From: Longimicrobiales bacterium
Lineage (GTDB): Bacteria > Gemmatimonadota > Gemmatimonadetes > Longimicrobiales > Gaopeijiaceae
Assembly: GCA_965248195.1 (NCBI GenBank)
Contig: CBDFIQ010000002.1
Coordinates: 1,024,001 to 1,088,000 of the forward strand
Direction of reading: 5' to 3'
DNA: 64,000 nucleotides
Part shown: positions 19,792-28,739 of the stretch, piece by piece
How positions within the stretch are numbered: the first letter of the stretch is position 1
Layout: each line of letters starts with the position of its first letter
Notes under the pieces: model-generated
Databases searched by the model: none
Told to the model about the DNA's origin: nothing
Seen by the model: only the letters and a program-made list of their open reading frames with translations
Made by a program: the position numbers and the translations under genes

Positions 19792-21088
19792 GTTGCCTGC
19801 TTTAAGCCTGGCGCTGGTTGTGTGGGCCACGGTGGCGGGTCCGGGTCCGCTCAGGGCCCAAGGTGGCGTGCCGAGCGATGGCCCACCTAGTGGCGAGTCG
19901 GGTGCCGCGCCCGGCTCCCACCTCGAGATTTTTCTGATGACGATCGGACCCGGGGACGCCATCTGGGAACGATTCAGCCACAACGCTCTCGTAGTACGAG
20001 ATGATCAGGCTCAAACCGAGGTCGCGTACAACTGGGGCATCTTCGACTTCAACGACGCGGATTTCATTCCCCGTCTGGCGCGAGGCCGGATGCGGTACTC
20101 CATGCGGGGCTTTCCGACCTCGATGTGGCTCCCCGTGTACCGTCAGGCGAACCGCGACGTGTGGCTGCAAACGGTAAATCTCACGCCCGGGGAGCGCCTC
20201 GAGCTTCAGGCGGTGGTGCAGGAGCTGGATACGGAGGCCAACCGCTACTATCGCTACGACTACTATCGGGACAACTGCTCCACTCGGGTGCGTGACGTAC
20301 TGGATCGTGTCCTCGGGGGCCAGATCCGTTCCGCCACCGAGGACACGAATACGGGGACGACGTATCGCTGGCACACCGCCCGATTACTCCAGTCCGCACC
20401 GGCTTACTACGCCGGAATCCAATTCGTGGTGGGGAATCGTGGTGACGAGACCATTTCCGCCTGGGAGGAAATGTTCCTCCCACTACGGCTCAAGGAGCAT
20501 CTGGATGGCATCCGGATCGTGGATGCGGAGGGAGAGCAGGCGCCCCTCCTCGGTGAAGCTGTACAGGTTGTCCAAGCCGTCCGTGACCCCTCGCCGCTGG
20601 CCGCCCCAGACTTCCTGTTCCCCTTGCTCTTGTTGGGCACTGCCCTCGGAGCGTTTTTCGCTGGCTTGGGGTGGGCGGCGGGCGAAGGAAAGCGTTGGGG
20701 CCGCTCGGCCCTCGCCCTGTCGGGAGCCGCATGGAGCACCGGAGTGGGTTTGTTGGGTACCGCGTTGCTGCTGTCGTGGTTTTTCACCGACCACATTTTC
20801 TGGGGGTTGAACGAGAACGCTTTCCAGGCGAACCCCGTCTCCCTCATCCTCGCGGGTCTGCTTATTCGGGAGGCGCTGAACCGGAACGGGCACCGCGCCG
20901 GTTCCTTGGCCGGCACCCGCGTGGTTCCGGTGGCCAAGGTGGTGGGAGGCGTGGCAATCGCTGGCTTCTGCGCTCAGGTGTTGCCGGGCTTCGATCAGGT
21001 CAATGGTGAGGTCCTGTCGGTCCTGCTTCCAGCCCACGTAGGACTTGCCTGGGGTGTGCTTCGGGCGTGGCCGCCCTCCACGGGGTGA
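19778..21088 (+). CDS. DUF4105 / Lnb-like membrane protein (NlpC/P60-like His-Cys domain plus C-terminal TMs)
   Basis: LMTIGPG..WERFSHNAL, YNWGIFDF, YRYDYYRDNCSTRVRD, MFLP; four hydrophobic helices at the C-terminus. Confidence 0.8.
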   Translation: MARAELPALSLALVVWATVAGPGPLRAQGGVPSDGPPSGESGAAPGSHLEIFLMTIGPGDAIWERFSHNALVVRDDQAQTEVAYNWGIFDFNDADFIPRLARGRMRYSMRGFPTSMWLPVYRQANRDVWLQTVNLTPGERLELQAVVQELDTEANRYYRYDYYRDNCSTRVRDVLDRVLGGQIRSATEDTNTGTTYRWHTARLLQSAPAYYAGIQFVVGNRGDETISAWEEMFLPLRLKEHLDGIRIVDAEGEQAPLLGEAVQVVQAVRDPSPLAAPDFLFPLLLLGTALGAFFAGLGWAAGEGKRWGRSALALSGAAWSTGVGLLGTALLLSWFFTDHIFWGLNENAFQANPVSLILAGLLIREALNRNGHRAGSLAGTRVVPVAKVVGGVAIAGFCAQVLPGFDQVNGEVLSVLLPAHVGLAWGVLRAWPPSTG

Positions 21089-22686
21089 TTCCGGCGCGCG
21101 GCGACCGGCTACTCCCGGCCGTATCGGCCCTCTTGGCGGTCATCGCGTTTCCTCCCTTCCATCTTCTCATCCCGTCGTTCGTCGCGCTCGTGCCGCTTGC
21201 TGTCTGGGTGGCCGACCAGGGTGAGGAGCGGGGTGCCGCAAGGGGCGTTTCCGGGCGGGTATTCCGGGGTGGCGTGTGGTTTGGTGTGCTCTACTTCGGG
21301 CTGCTCCTGTATTGGATGCCTTTGGCCCTGGCGGCCTTCACGTGGTGGGCCGTCCCCGCATACCTGACGGTAGTGATGGTCCTGGCGCTTGGCGCTGGGG
21401 GCTTCACGTGGGCGCTCCATCGTCTGACGCACCGCGGTGGAATCCCTGCTTGGGTGGCGCTGCCGTTGACGTGGACGGCGCTCGAGTGGCTGCGCGCGCA
21501 CGCCCCGGGAGGGCTGGCCTTTCCGTGGCTGGGGCTCGGAACGTCACTCACCGGCTACCCTGAGCTCGTGGGTGCGGCCGAGTTGGTCGGTGCGCGCGGA
21601 ATCACGCTGTGGCTTGCTTTGCTCAACGGGTTGATGGCCGAGGCCGTAAGGGCCCTGCGGGCACGGGACGGAGCCCGGATGTCGGCGCGTTGGGCGGCGG
21701 CTTTCGCCCTGGTATTGGCTGTGCCGGCCGCCTGGGGATACTTGCGGGCCCGCACCCTTTCTGTTCGGGCTGTTGGCGAGGTCGCCGTGGTGCAACCGAA
21801 CATTGCGTCGCAGGTCAGGTTGGACGGGGGCAGGAGCAACGACAGCACCGTCGCCTCCTTGACCCGCCTCCTTCCCGAGGGCGGCGGCCTCTCCACGGAT
21901 CTCCCCGAGGGCGACGCAATCTCCCCGGACCTCGTGGTCTGGCCGGAGGCGACGTTCTTCGGACCGATCGAATCCGATGAATCTCTGCGGGAGCGGGTCC
22001 TGGCGGTGGCAGAGAAGTGGACCGCCCCCGTCGTCTTCGGCGGGATCGGGGAGAGGGTGACGCGGGAGGGCAACCCGATCCCGCTGAACTCGGCGTTCCT
22101 GACGGGACGGAATGGACGGCTCACGGATTTCCGTTACGACAAACACCACCTCGTGCCTTTGGTCGAGGGCCTTCCGTTCCGACCGGGAAGGTGGAGGGAG
22201 GGCGGGGCCGGGGTCGATTCCTACGGGAGAGGAGTGGATTGGCCTCTCGGCCGTATGGAGGATGGCGCTCGTTTCGGCGTTCTGATTTGTTCCGAATCCA
22301 TTTACGCAGGCCATGCCCGCCGCTTTCGCCTGGAAGGGGCAGATTTTCTCTTGAACCTCACGAACGACGGGTGGTTTGGTAGGGAACCGTGGTATACCAG
22401 GACGGCCGCCCTTTGGCAGCACCCCGCGCATCTGGTGATGAGGGCGATCGAGCATCGCGTCGGGATCGCGAGGGCCGCCAACACGGGATTTTCGCTCTTC
22501 GTAGATCCAGTCGGACGTATCTATGGCCGGACCGATCTGTTTCAGGCCGACGTACGAAGCCAGACGATCTACACGAGTGACGTGCGAACCTGGTACACGC
22601 GTACCGGAGACGTGGCCGGATGGACGGCTCTGCTCCTGACGCTCGGGCTGGTGGCGATTCCGCTTCCTCGGGGCCGGCCCGCTTGA
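21085..22686 (+). CDS. lnt: Apolipoprotein N-acyltransferase
   Basis: TM domain, FPWLGLG, VQPNI, nitrilase triad WPE / YDKHHLVP / ICSE, NLTNDGWFG, RAANTG. Confidence 0.93.
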   Translation: MIPARGDRLLPAVSALLAVIAFPPFHLLIPSFVALVPLAVWVADQGEERGAARGVSGRVFRGGVWFGVLYFGLLLYWMPLALAAFTWWAVPAYLTVVMVLALGAGGFTWALHRLTHRGGIPAWVALPLTWTALEWLRAHAPGGLAFPWLGLGTSLTGYPELVGAAELVGARGITLWLALLNGLMAEAVRALRARDGARMSARWAAAFALVLAVPAAWGYLRARTLSVRAVGEVAVVQPNIASQVRLDGGRSNDSTVASLTRLLPEGGGLSTDLPEGDAISPDLVVWPEATFFGPIESDESLRERVLAVAEKWTAPVVFGGIGERVTREGNPIPLNSAFLTGRNGRLTDFRYDKHHLVPLVEGLPFRPGRWREGGAGVDSYGRGVDWPLGRMEDGARFGVLICSESIYAGHARRFRLEGADFLLNLTNDGWFGREPWYTRTAALWQHPAHLVMRAIEHRVGIARAANTGFSLFVDPVGRIYGRTDLFQADVRSQTIYTSDVRTWYTRTGDVAGWTALLLTLGLVAIPLPRGRPA

Positions 22687-22711
22687 ACTCGCCTCCGGCA
22701 ATTTTTATATT
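22683..22711 (+). promoter_or_regulatory. sigma70-like promoter of rpmE-prfA-prmC
   Basis: TTGAAC-17 nt-TATATT. Confidence 0.55.
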
Positions 22712-22792
22712 CCCTGCGGCTGAAGAGTGGGCTCCAGAGTTCTGTATCGAACAGAACCCGCAGCCCACTTTTCGTTGATTCCGGAGATGGTC

Positions 22793-22999
22793 ATGAAAAA
22801 GGGTATCCACCCCGACTATATGCAGGCCACGGTCACCTGTGCTTGCGGCCACAGGTTTGAGACGATGGCCACTCAGCCGGAGATTCACACGGACATCTGT
22901 TCCGTGTGCCATCCGTTCTATACCGGAAAACAGCGCCTGGTGGACACCGCCGGACGGGTTGAGCGCTTCAAGCAGAAGTACGACAAAGTCAGTTCGTAG
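22793..22999 (+). CDS. rpmE: 50S ribosomal protein L31 (zinc-binding type)
   Basis: [39 protein letters not shown]. Confidence 0.97.
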   Translation: MKKGIHPDYMQATVTCACGHRFETMATQPEIHTDICSVCHPFYTGKQRLVDTAGRVERFKQKYDKVSS

Positions 23000-23023
23000 G
23001 CCGGGCCGAGGCCCGATTCGGCT

Positions 23024-24124
23024 ATGAATAACCCCGGAGGGGCCGATCCGCGGCTCCTCGAACGCCTCCGCGAAGTGCAGCAGCGTTTCCAGGGCGTGAA
23101 CGAGTCGCTGGCCAGCCCGGACGTCGTCCGGAATCTCGATCGGCTCAAAGTCCTTGGGCAGGAGCGGGCCGAACTCGAGCCTGTGGTCCGTGCAGCCGAA
23201 GAGCTTCTTGGCCTCGTAGAGGAGTACGAGGGTGCGACGGAGCTGCTGCACGAGGCCTCGGACCAGGAACTCCGTGATATGGCCGGGGAAGAGGTTGCTT
23301 CTCTGGAAGCCCGCATCGAGTTGCTGGGAGCCACGGCTCGCCTCCTCCTCATCCCCAAGGATCCTCTAGACGATCGAGCCGCTGTGGTCGAGATCCGGGC
23401 GGGAACAGGGGGAGACGAGGCGGGGATGTTCGCGAAGGATCTCTTCCGCATGTACCAGCGAGTGGCCGAGCGAGAGGGCTGGACCGTCGAGTTGATGAAC
23501 CTGTCTGAGGGGATCCCGGGGTCCGTCAAGGAAGTCATCTTCACGGTCCGAGGCAAAGGCGTGTACGGACGTCTCCGTTACGAGTCGGGAGTCCACCGTG
23601 TTCAGCGCGTGCCGGAGACGGAGAGCCAGGGCAGGATCCATACATCCGCGGCGACGGTGGCGGTCCTGCCCGAGGCCGACGAGGTGGACCTCGCGATCGA
23701 TCCCAAGGATCTACGTTACGATGTGTTTCGGTCCTCCGGTCCGGGTGGCCAGTCGGTGAACACGACCGATTCCGCCGTGCGCATCACCCATATTCCGACC
23801 GGGCTCGTGGTGTCATGCCAGGATGAGAAGTCTCAGCACAAGAACAAGGCCAAAGCCCTCAAGGTGCTCCGAAGCCGCCTCCTGGATCAGAAGATCGCGG
23901 AGCAGGAAGCGGAGCGCTCCCGTCAACGGAGAGCTCAGGTCGGAACGGGCGACCGCTCCGCCAAGATCCGGACCTACAACTTTCCTCAGAGCCGGGTCAC
24001 CGACCACCGGATCAAGCTCACGGTCCACAACCTCGACCAGGTGTTGGATGGGGACCTGAACGATGTGATCGAGGCGTTGCGGCTGGCGGATCAGGAGGAA
24101 CGGCTCCAGGGCGACGCGGAGTGA
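23024..24124 (+). CDS. prfA: Peptide chain release factor 1
   Basis: HRVQRVPETESQGRIHTS (PxT motif) and GPGGQSVNTT. Confidence 0.97.
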   Translation: MNNPGGADPRLLERLREVQQRFQGVNESLASPDVVRNLDRLKVLGQERAELEPVVRAAEELLGLVEEYEGATELLHEASDQELRDMAGEEVASLEARIELLGATARLLLIPKDPLDDRAAVVEIRAGTGGDEAGMFAKDLFRMYQRVAEREGWTVELMNLSEGIPGSVKEVIFTVRGKGVYGRLRYESGVHRVQRVPETESQGRIHTSAATVAVLPEADEVDLAIDPKDLRYDVFRSSGPGGQSVNTTDSAVRITHIPTGLVVSCQDEKSQHKNKAKALKVLRSRLLDQKIAEQEAERSRQRRAQVGTGDRSAKIRTYNFPQSRVTDHRIKLTVHNLDQVLDGDLNDVIEALRLADQEERLQGDAE

Positions 24125-25056
24125 GCGGCGTCGGGAGGCTGGCCGAGGTGGAAAGGGATTCCGAGGACGCGGTGTCGAGTGCGGGGGACGCGTGGACGAT
24201 ACTCCGCATGATCCTTTGGAGCGCGGAGTACCTCACGGAAAAGGGAGTGGAGGCCGGGCGCCTGGACGCGGAGTGGCTGCTCTCGACGGCGTTGGGTATC
24301 GACCGACTCCAGCTCTACCTACAGTATGATCGGCCTTTGAGCCCCGAAGAGCGGGAGGCCTTCAAGCCGCTTCTCCGTCGTCGCGCCAGCCGCGAGCCGC
24401 TCCAGTACATCATCGGTCGCGCCGCATTTCGGCAATTCGAGTTGAAGACGGATCCCAGGGTACTGATCCCCCGTCCCGAGACGGAAGTGCTGGTCCAAGA
24501 GGTATTGGACTGGGCGTCGGCCGCGGGGAGAAGCCTTGGACGCGTGTGGGATATGGGTACCGGGACGGGCGCCGTGGCGCTTTCGCTCGCTGTGGAAGGA
24601 ACATGCACCAGGGTCGTCGCCACAGACTCCTCACCCGAGGCCCTTTCCGTGGCGGCGGACAATGCAGAACGTTACGACGTGGGTGGGCTCGTGGAGTTCC
24701 GGGAGGGCTCGCTGTTCGAGTCTTTGGAGGAAGGGGAACGGTTCGACATCATTGTGGCGAATCCGCCGTACATAGCGGAGGGCGAAAAGGCAGAGCTCCA
24801 GCCCGAGGTTCGGGATTGGGAGCCTCCGCAGGCCTTATTCGCCGGGGAGGACGGACTGGACGTGATCCGGCAGCTGGTGGCCGGAGCCCCAGCGCACCTG
24901 CTGGCGGGCGGCTTGCTGGCGCTCGAGTGTGGCCTCGGGCAAGCCGAAGGTATTGCGACCGACTTGAAAGCCACCGGCGCATTCGTCGCTGTCCGGATCC
25001 GCCCCGATCTGACGGGGCGCCCGCGGTTCGTGATTGCCGAGCGAGGGGCCGTGTGA
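24121..25056 (+). CDS. prmC: Release factor glutamine methyltransferase
   Basis: REPLQYIIG, LIPRPETE, DMGTGTG, NPPY. Confidence 0.96.
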   Translation: MSGVGRLAEVERDSEDAVSSAGDAWTILRMILWSAEYLTEKGVEAGRLDAEWLLSTALGIDRLQLYLQYDRPLSPEEREAFKPLLRRRASREPLQYIIGRAAFRQFELKTDPRVLIPRPETEVLVQEVLDWASAAGRSLGRVWDMGTGTGAVALSLAVEGTCTRVVATDSSPEALSVAADNAERYDVGGLVEFREGSLFESLEEGERFDIIVANPPYIAEGEKAELQPEVRDWEPPQALFAGEDGLDVIRQLVAGAPAHLLAGGLLALECGLGQAEGIATDLKATGAFVAVRIRPDLTGRPRFVIAERGAV

Positions 25057-25116
25057 ACAAGTGAACGGATCGGCAAGGAACTCCCAAGTAATCATCATAA
25101 ACCTACAGGAAGGTCG

Positions 25117-25473
25117 ATGACGCGAATGAACGAAATGGCCAAGGATCTGGGCAAGGCTCTCGCCCAGACCGAGGAGTACCAGACGCTCAAGCAGACGATC
25201 TCGGGTACTGCGCACGATCGGGAGTTGGCCGAACTGCGTACGGAGTTGGAGGGACTCGAAGGCCAGATAGAGGCCGCGCTACGTGGAGGGAACGAGCCCA
25301 CCGAGGAGTTGAAGTCCGGTTACGAAGATGCCGTGGGGCGCCTTCAGGCGAGCTCCACGTACCAACGGCTGGTTTCAGCACAAGCGAATTTCGACAAGGT
25401 TCTGCTCAAGGTGAACCAAACGATCCAGGAGGGGATCGCCGAGGGAGGCGAGAGCCGGATCATCCTGCCGTAG
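25117..25473 (+). CDS. YlbF/YmcA-like helical protein
   Basis: AKDLGKALAQTEEYQ..L; coiled-coil; AQANFDKVL.KVN..I..G. Confidence 0.7.
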   Translation: MTRMNEMAKDLGKALAQTEEYQTLKQTISGTAHDRELAELRTELEGLEGQIEAALRGGNEPTEELKSGYEDAVGRLQASSTYQRLVSAQANFDKVLLKVNQTIQEGIAEGGESRIILP

Positions 25474-25494
25474 GAAGTAAGTGGTGCTCAAAGT

Positions 25495-26127
25495 ATGAGT
25501 TGGAACCTCAATGATCTACAGGATCGGGTATACCCGATCATTGACCCCGTCACCCACTGGCTGGTGCGGCGAGGGGTACATCCGAATCTTATTACCACGA
25601 GTGGTTTCGCCGTCACCATCCTGGCTGGTTTGATGTATGGCATCGACCATGTGCGCACCGCCGGGTTCTTGGTTCTTCTGGGTGGAGCCCACGATATCTT
25701 CGACGGTCGAGTGGCCCGGCTCAGTGGTCTTCAGTCAAAGTTTGGCGCCTTCTATGATTCCGTGCTCGACCGGATCAGCGAGGTCACGATTTACATCGGG
25801 CTCATCTCGCTCTACAACCAATATGAGATGTCGCTTCTGAACATCGGCATGATCTACATGATCGCCCTGGCCATGGCCGGCTCCCTCATGATCAGTTATT
25901 CCCGTGCGAGAGCGGAAACGCTCGGACTGGACTGCTCCGTTGGCCTGATGCAAAGAGCCGAGCGGATTGTCCTTCTCGGGCTGGGGTCCCTGATCTTCGG
26001 GCTGAGCTGGGATGGTCTTGTGCTCAGCGGCATCATCGTGATTTTTGCCGTCCTCACCAATACGACCGCAATCCATCGGATTGTTTGGGTCCATCGGCAA
26101 GCGGCCGGTGTACCGCTCGACGAGTAG
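25495..26127 (+). CDS. CDP-alcohol phosphatidyltransferase, phosphatidylinositol-phosphate synthase-like
   Basis: HPNLIT, DIFDGRVAR..SKFGAFYDSVLDR, SYSRARAE, GLMQRAER; adjacent to ino1. Confidence 0.88.
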   Translation: MSWNLNDLQDRVYPIIDPVTHWLVRRGVHPNLITTSGFAVTILAGLMYGIDHVRTAGFLVLLGGAHDIFDGRVARLSGLQSKFGAFYDSVLDRISEVTIYIGLISLYNQYEMSLLNIGMIYMIALAMAGSLMISYSRARAETLGLDCSVGLMQRAERIVLLGLGSLIFGLSWDGLVLSGIIVIFAVLTNTTAIHRIVWVHRQAAGVPLDE

Positions 26128-26340
26128 AAAGACCGGGCGCGCTTGATCTTGCGAAGTGATGGCTGTCGTCGAGGGAACATCACTGGGTCGCGAACCATAC
26201 TATAGGGTATGGAGGGTCGGCGATGACCCCGTGGACGCTACGAGGGGAGGTGGCTGGCGACGAGTCCCAAGACGTGACCGCAGGCGGTGGGCTGAACTGG
26301 CGTAGGGTGAATGACCGTGGGATAACTCGAGCATCGACTA

Positions 26341-26662
26341 GAAGGCCTGTTGAAGGAGTACAGCGGGTCGCGCACAGGGCGCTTGTGCGCGTTCAGACAA
26401 GGAACGACGACGAGGCGTAGCAACGCTACGGCGAGGAGGAGAGACGCAGGATCAACCGCACAACCGCCCTGTGCCCACGACCATGAGGGGCATGACCTTA
26501 CACGTTGAAGGGTTGCGGTGGCACGACCCCGACCACGCTGCGCGTGGTGCCCCCGTTGTTGGAGTTCCTAGCCGTAGCGAATGCTATGGCGTCGTCGCTC
26601 CGCCTAGGAGCTGGGGCCGTGGCATCCGCAACGCGGCCCACTGTACTCCTTCAACAGGCCTT
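26341..26662. mobile_element. Non-autonomous MITE-like structured element, copy 1
   Basis: TIRs AAGGCCTGTTGAAGGAGTACAGcGGGtCGCG / CGCGGCCCACTGTACTCCTTCAACAGGCCTT; TA on both sides; ~93% identical (manual count) to 40675-40995; no transposase. Confidence 0.85.
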
Positions 26663-26688
26663 TAATGATCGACCAAGGAGATACGACT

Positions 26689-28002
26689 GTGAACGAACGT
26701 CCTGAGATTCGCCCGGCAGAGGGACGACTCGGTGTGTTGCTGCCCGGCATGGGCGCCGTCGCCACCACGACCATCGCGGGGGTGCTGCTTGCGCGGAAGG
26801 GGTTGGCCACGCCCATCGGGAGTCTCACGCAGATGAACACGATTCGTCTAGGTCAGCGTACCGAAAACCTCACGCCGCTCATCAAGGACTTCATCGCATT
26901 GGCGGAGCTGAACGACATCGTATTCGGCGGCTGGGATCCGATCCCGGACAACGCCTACGAGAGTGCCGTGAACGCCGGTGTGCTGAGCGCAAGACACCTC
27001 GATCCGATCAGAGAGGAGCTGTCTGCCATCGCCCCCATGTCGGCCGCGTTCGACACGGAGTACGTGACGCGTCTGGACGGTCCCAACAAGAAAACCGGGG
27101 CCAACAAACGGGAAATCGCGGATGCGCTCCGCGAGGATATCCGAAACTTCAAGGCGGAGAACGATTGCGACCGCCTCGTCATGGTCTGGTGCGGTTCCAC
27201 GGAGATATTCCTCCGGGCGGGACCGGCCCATGAGACCGTGGAGTCTTTCGAAAACGCCATGGAGCAGAATGATCCCTCGATCGCGCCGAGCATGCTCTAC
27301 GCTTACGCCGCATTGATGGAGGGTGTCCCGTACGCCAACGGAGCCCCCAATCTCTCCGCCGACTTCCCGGCGTTCGAGGACTATGCCAAGGAGAACGGCC
27401 TTCCCATCTGCGGGAAGGACTTCAAGACCGGCCAGACACTGATGAAGACCATCCTAGCCCCCGGGTTCAAGGCTCGCATGCTGGGCATCAACGGCTGGTT
27501 CAGCACGAACATCCTCGGCAACCGTGACGGTGCCGTGCTCGATGATCCGGCTAGCTTCAAGACCAAGGAAGAGTCGAAGCTGGGCGTGATCGATCACATT
27601 CTTCAGCCGGACCTCTACCCGGAGCTGTATGGGGACATCTATCACAAGGTCCGGATCAACTACTACCCGCCACGCGGAGACGACAAGGAGGGATGGGACA
27701 ACATCGACATCTTCGGGTGGCTGGGATACAAGATGCAGATCAAGGTGGATTTTTTATGCAAGGACTCCATCCTCGCTGCCCCGATCGTGCTCGATTTGGC
27801 CCTGTTCATGGACCTTGCGGGCCGCGCCGGCTTGGGGGGAATTCAAGAGTGGCTTTCGTTCTACTTCAAGAGTCCACAGTGTGCTCCGGGTCTCTATCCC
27901 GAGCACGATCTCTTCATCCAGAGCTGGAAGCTCAAGAACACGCTCCGGTGGCTCGCCGGGGAGGAGCAGATCACTCATTTGGGCCGTGAGTATTACGATT
28001 AG
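26689..28002 (+). CDS. ino1: myo-inositol-1-phosphate synthase
   Basis: GMGAVATT, GKDFKTGQTLMKT, WFSTNILGNRDG, DDKEGWD, DSILAAPIVLDL, FYFKSP; GTG after SD AAGGAG. Confidence 0.95.
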   Translation: MNERPEIRPAEGRLGVLLPGMGAVATTTIAGVLLARKGLATPIGSLTQMNTIRLGQRTENLTPLIKDFIALAELNDIVFGGWDPIPDNAYESAVNAGVLSARHLDPIREELSAIAPMSAAFDTEYVTRLDGPNKKTGANKREIADALREDIRNFKAENDCDRLVMVWCGSTEIFLRAGPAHETVESFENAMEQNDPSIAPSMLYAYAALMEGVPYANGAPNLSADFPAFEDYAKENGLPICGKDFKTGQTLMKTILAPGFKARMLGINGWFSTNILGNRDGAVLDDPASFKTKEESKLGVIDHILQPDLYPELYGDIYHKVRINYYPPRGDDKEGWDNIDIFGWLGYKMQIKVDFLCKDSILAAPIVLDLALFMDLAGRAGLGGIQEWLSFYFKSPQCAPGLYPEHDLFIQSWKLKNTLRWLAGEEQITHLGREYYD

Positions 28003-28014
28003 AGGTAATGGCGG

Positions 28015-28686
28015 GTGACCGAACAACCGGAAGGGGAGTCGAACCGGGGCCGGTTCGTGGTGCTGGAGGGTGTCGAAGGCGCAGGCAAGAGCACCCAAGC
28101 CCGGATGTTGGGGGAATGGATGGAGGCTTGCGGAATCCCTTTCACGCTGGCTCGAGAGCCAGGCGGCACCGAGGTGGGAGAGGCGATCCGGAAGGTGGTC
28201 CAGGACCGGCCTGAACTATCGATTCCGGCCGAGACCGAGCTCCTGCTCTACCTGGCCGCGCGCACGGCGTTCGTAAAGGACGTCGCTTTGCCGGTCCTCG
28301 AACGGGGCGAGCTCCTGATCGCGGACCGTTTTTCCTTGTCGACCTATGCCTATCAAGGATACGGGCGGGGACTCGACCTCGACGAGGTTCGCAGGATGGA
28401 CCGATTCGCCTCCGGCGGACTGGCGCCCGATATTTATCTGGTGCTCGATTTGCCGATAAAGGAGGGCAGGGCCCGGCAGAAGGCGGCCGGAAAGCCAGAG
28501 GATCGCCTCGAGGGCTCCGGTGAGGCGTTTCTGGAGGCCGTCGGGAAGGGATATCGCGAACTTGCGGGTGCGGACGAGAGCGTCCGGCTGGTGGACGCTC
28601 TCGGAACGCCACTTGAAGTGCACACTAGAGTGCGTGAGATCTTGCGACGAAATTTGCCGGAAACTTTCGCCATCTGTGAGGATTAG
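28015..28686 (+). CDS. tmk: Thymidylate kinase
   Basis: EGVEGAGKSTQ, REPGGT, DRFSLSTYAYQG. Confidence 0.96.
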   Translation: MTEQPEGESNRGRFVVLEGVEGAGKSTQARMLGEWMEACGIPFTLAREPGGTEVGEAIRKVVQDRPELSIPAETELLLYLAARTAFVKDVALPVLERGELLIADRFSLSTYAYQGYGRGLDLDEVRRMDRFASGGLAPDIYLVLDLPIKEGRARQKAAGKPEDRLEGSGEAFLEAVGKGYRELAGADESVRLVDALGTPLEVHTRVREILRRNLPETFAICED

Positions 28687-28739
28687 TTCTTTTCAAGGGT
28701 GCGCCGGATGCAGCAGCGGACGATGACACGGATAGAGCG

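Noticed and set aside
23024..24124. Programmed frameshift in the release factor gene
   Set aside because: This is RF1 (PxT motif) with an uninterrupted frame; the frameshift is a prfB feature.
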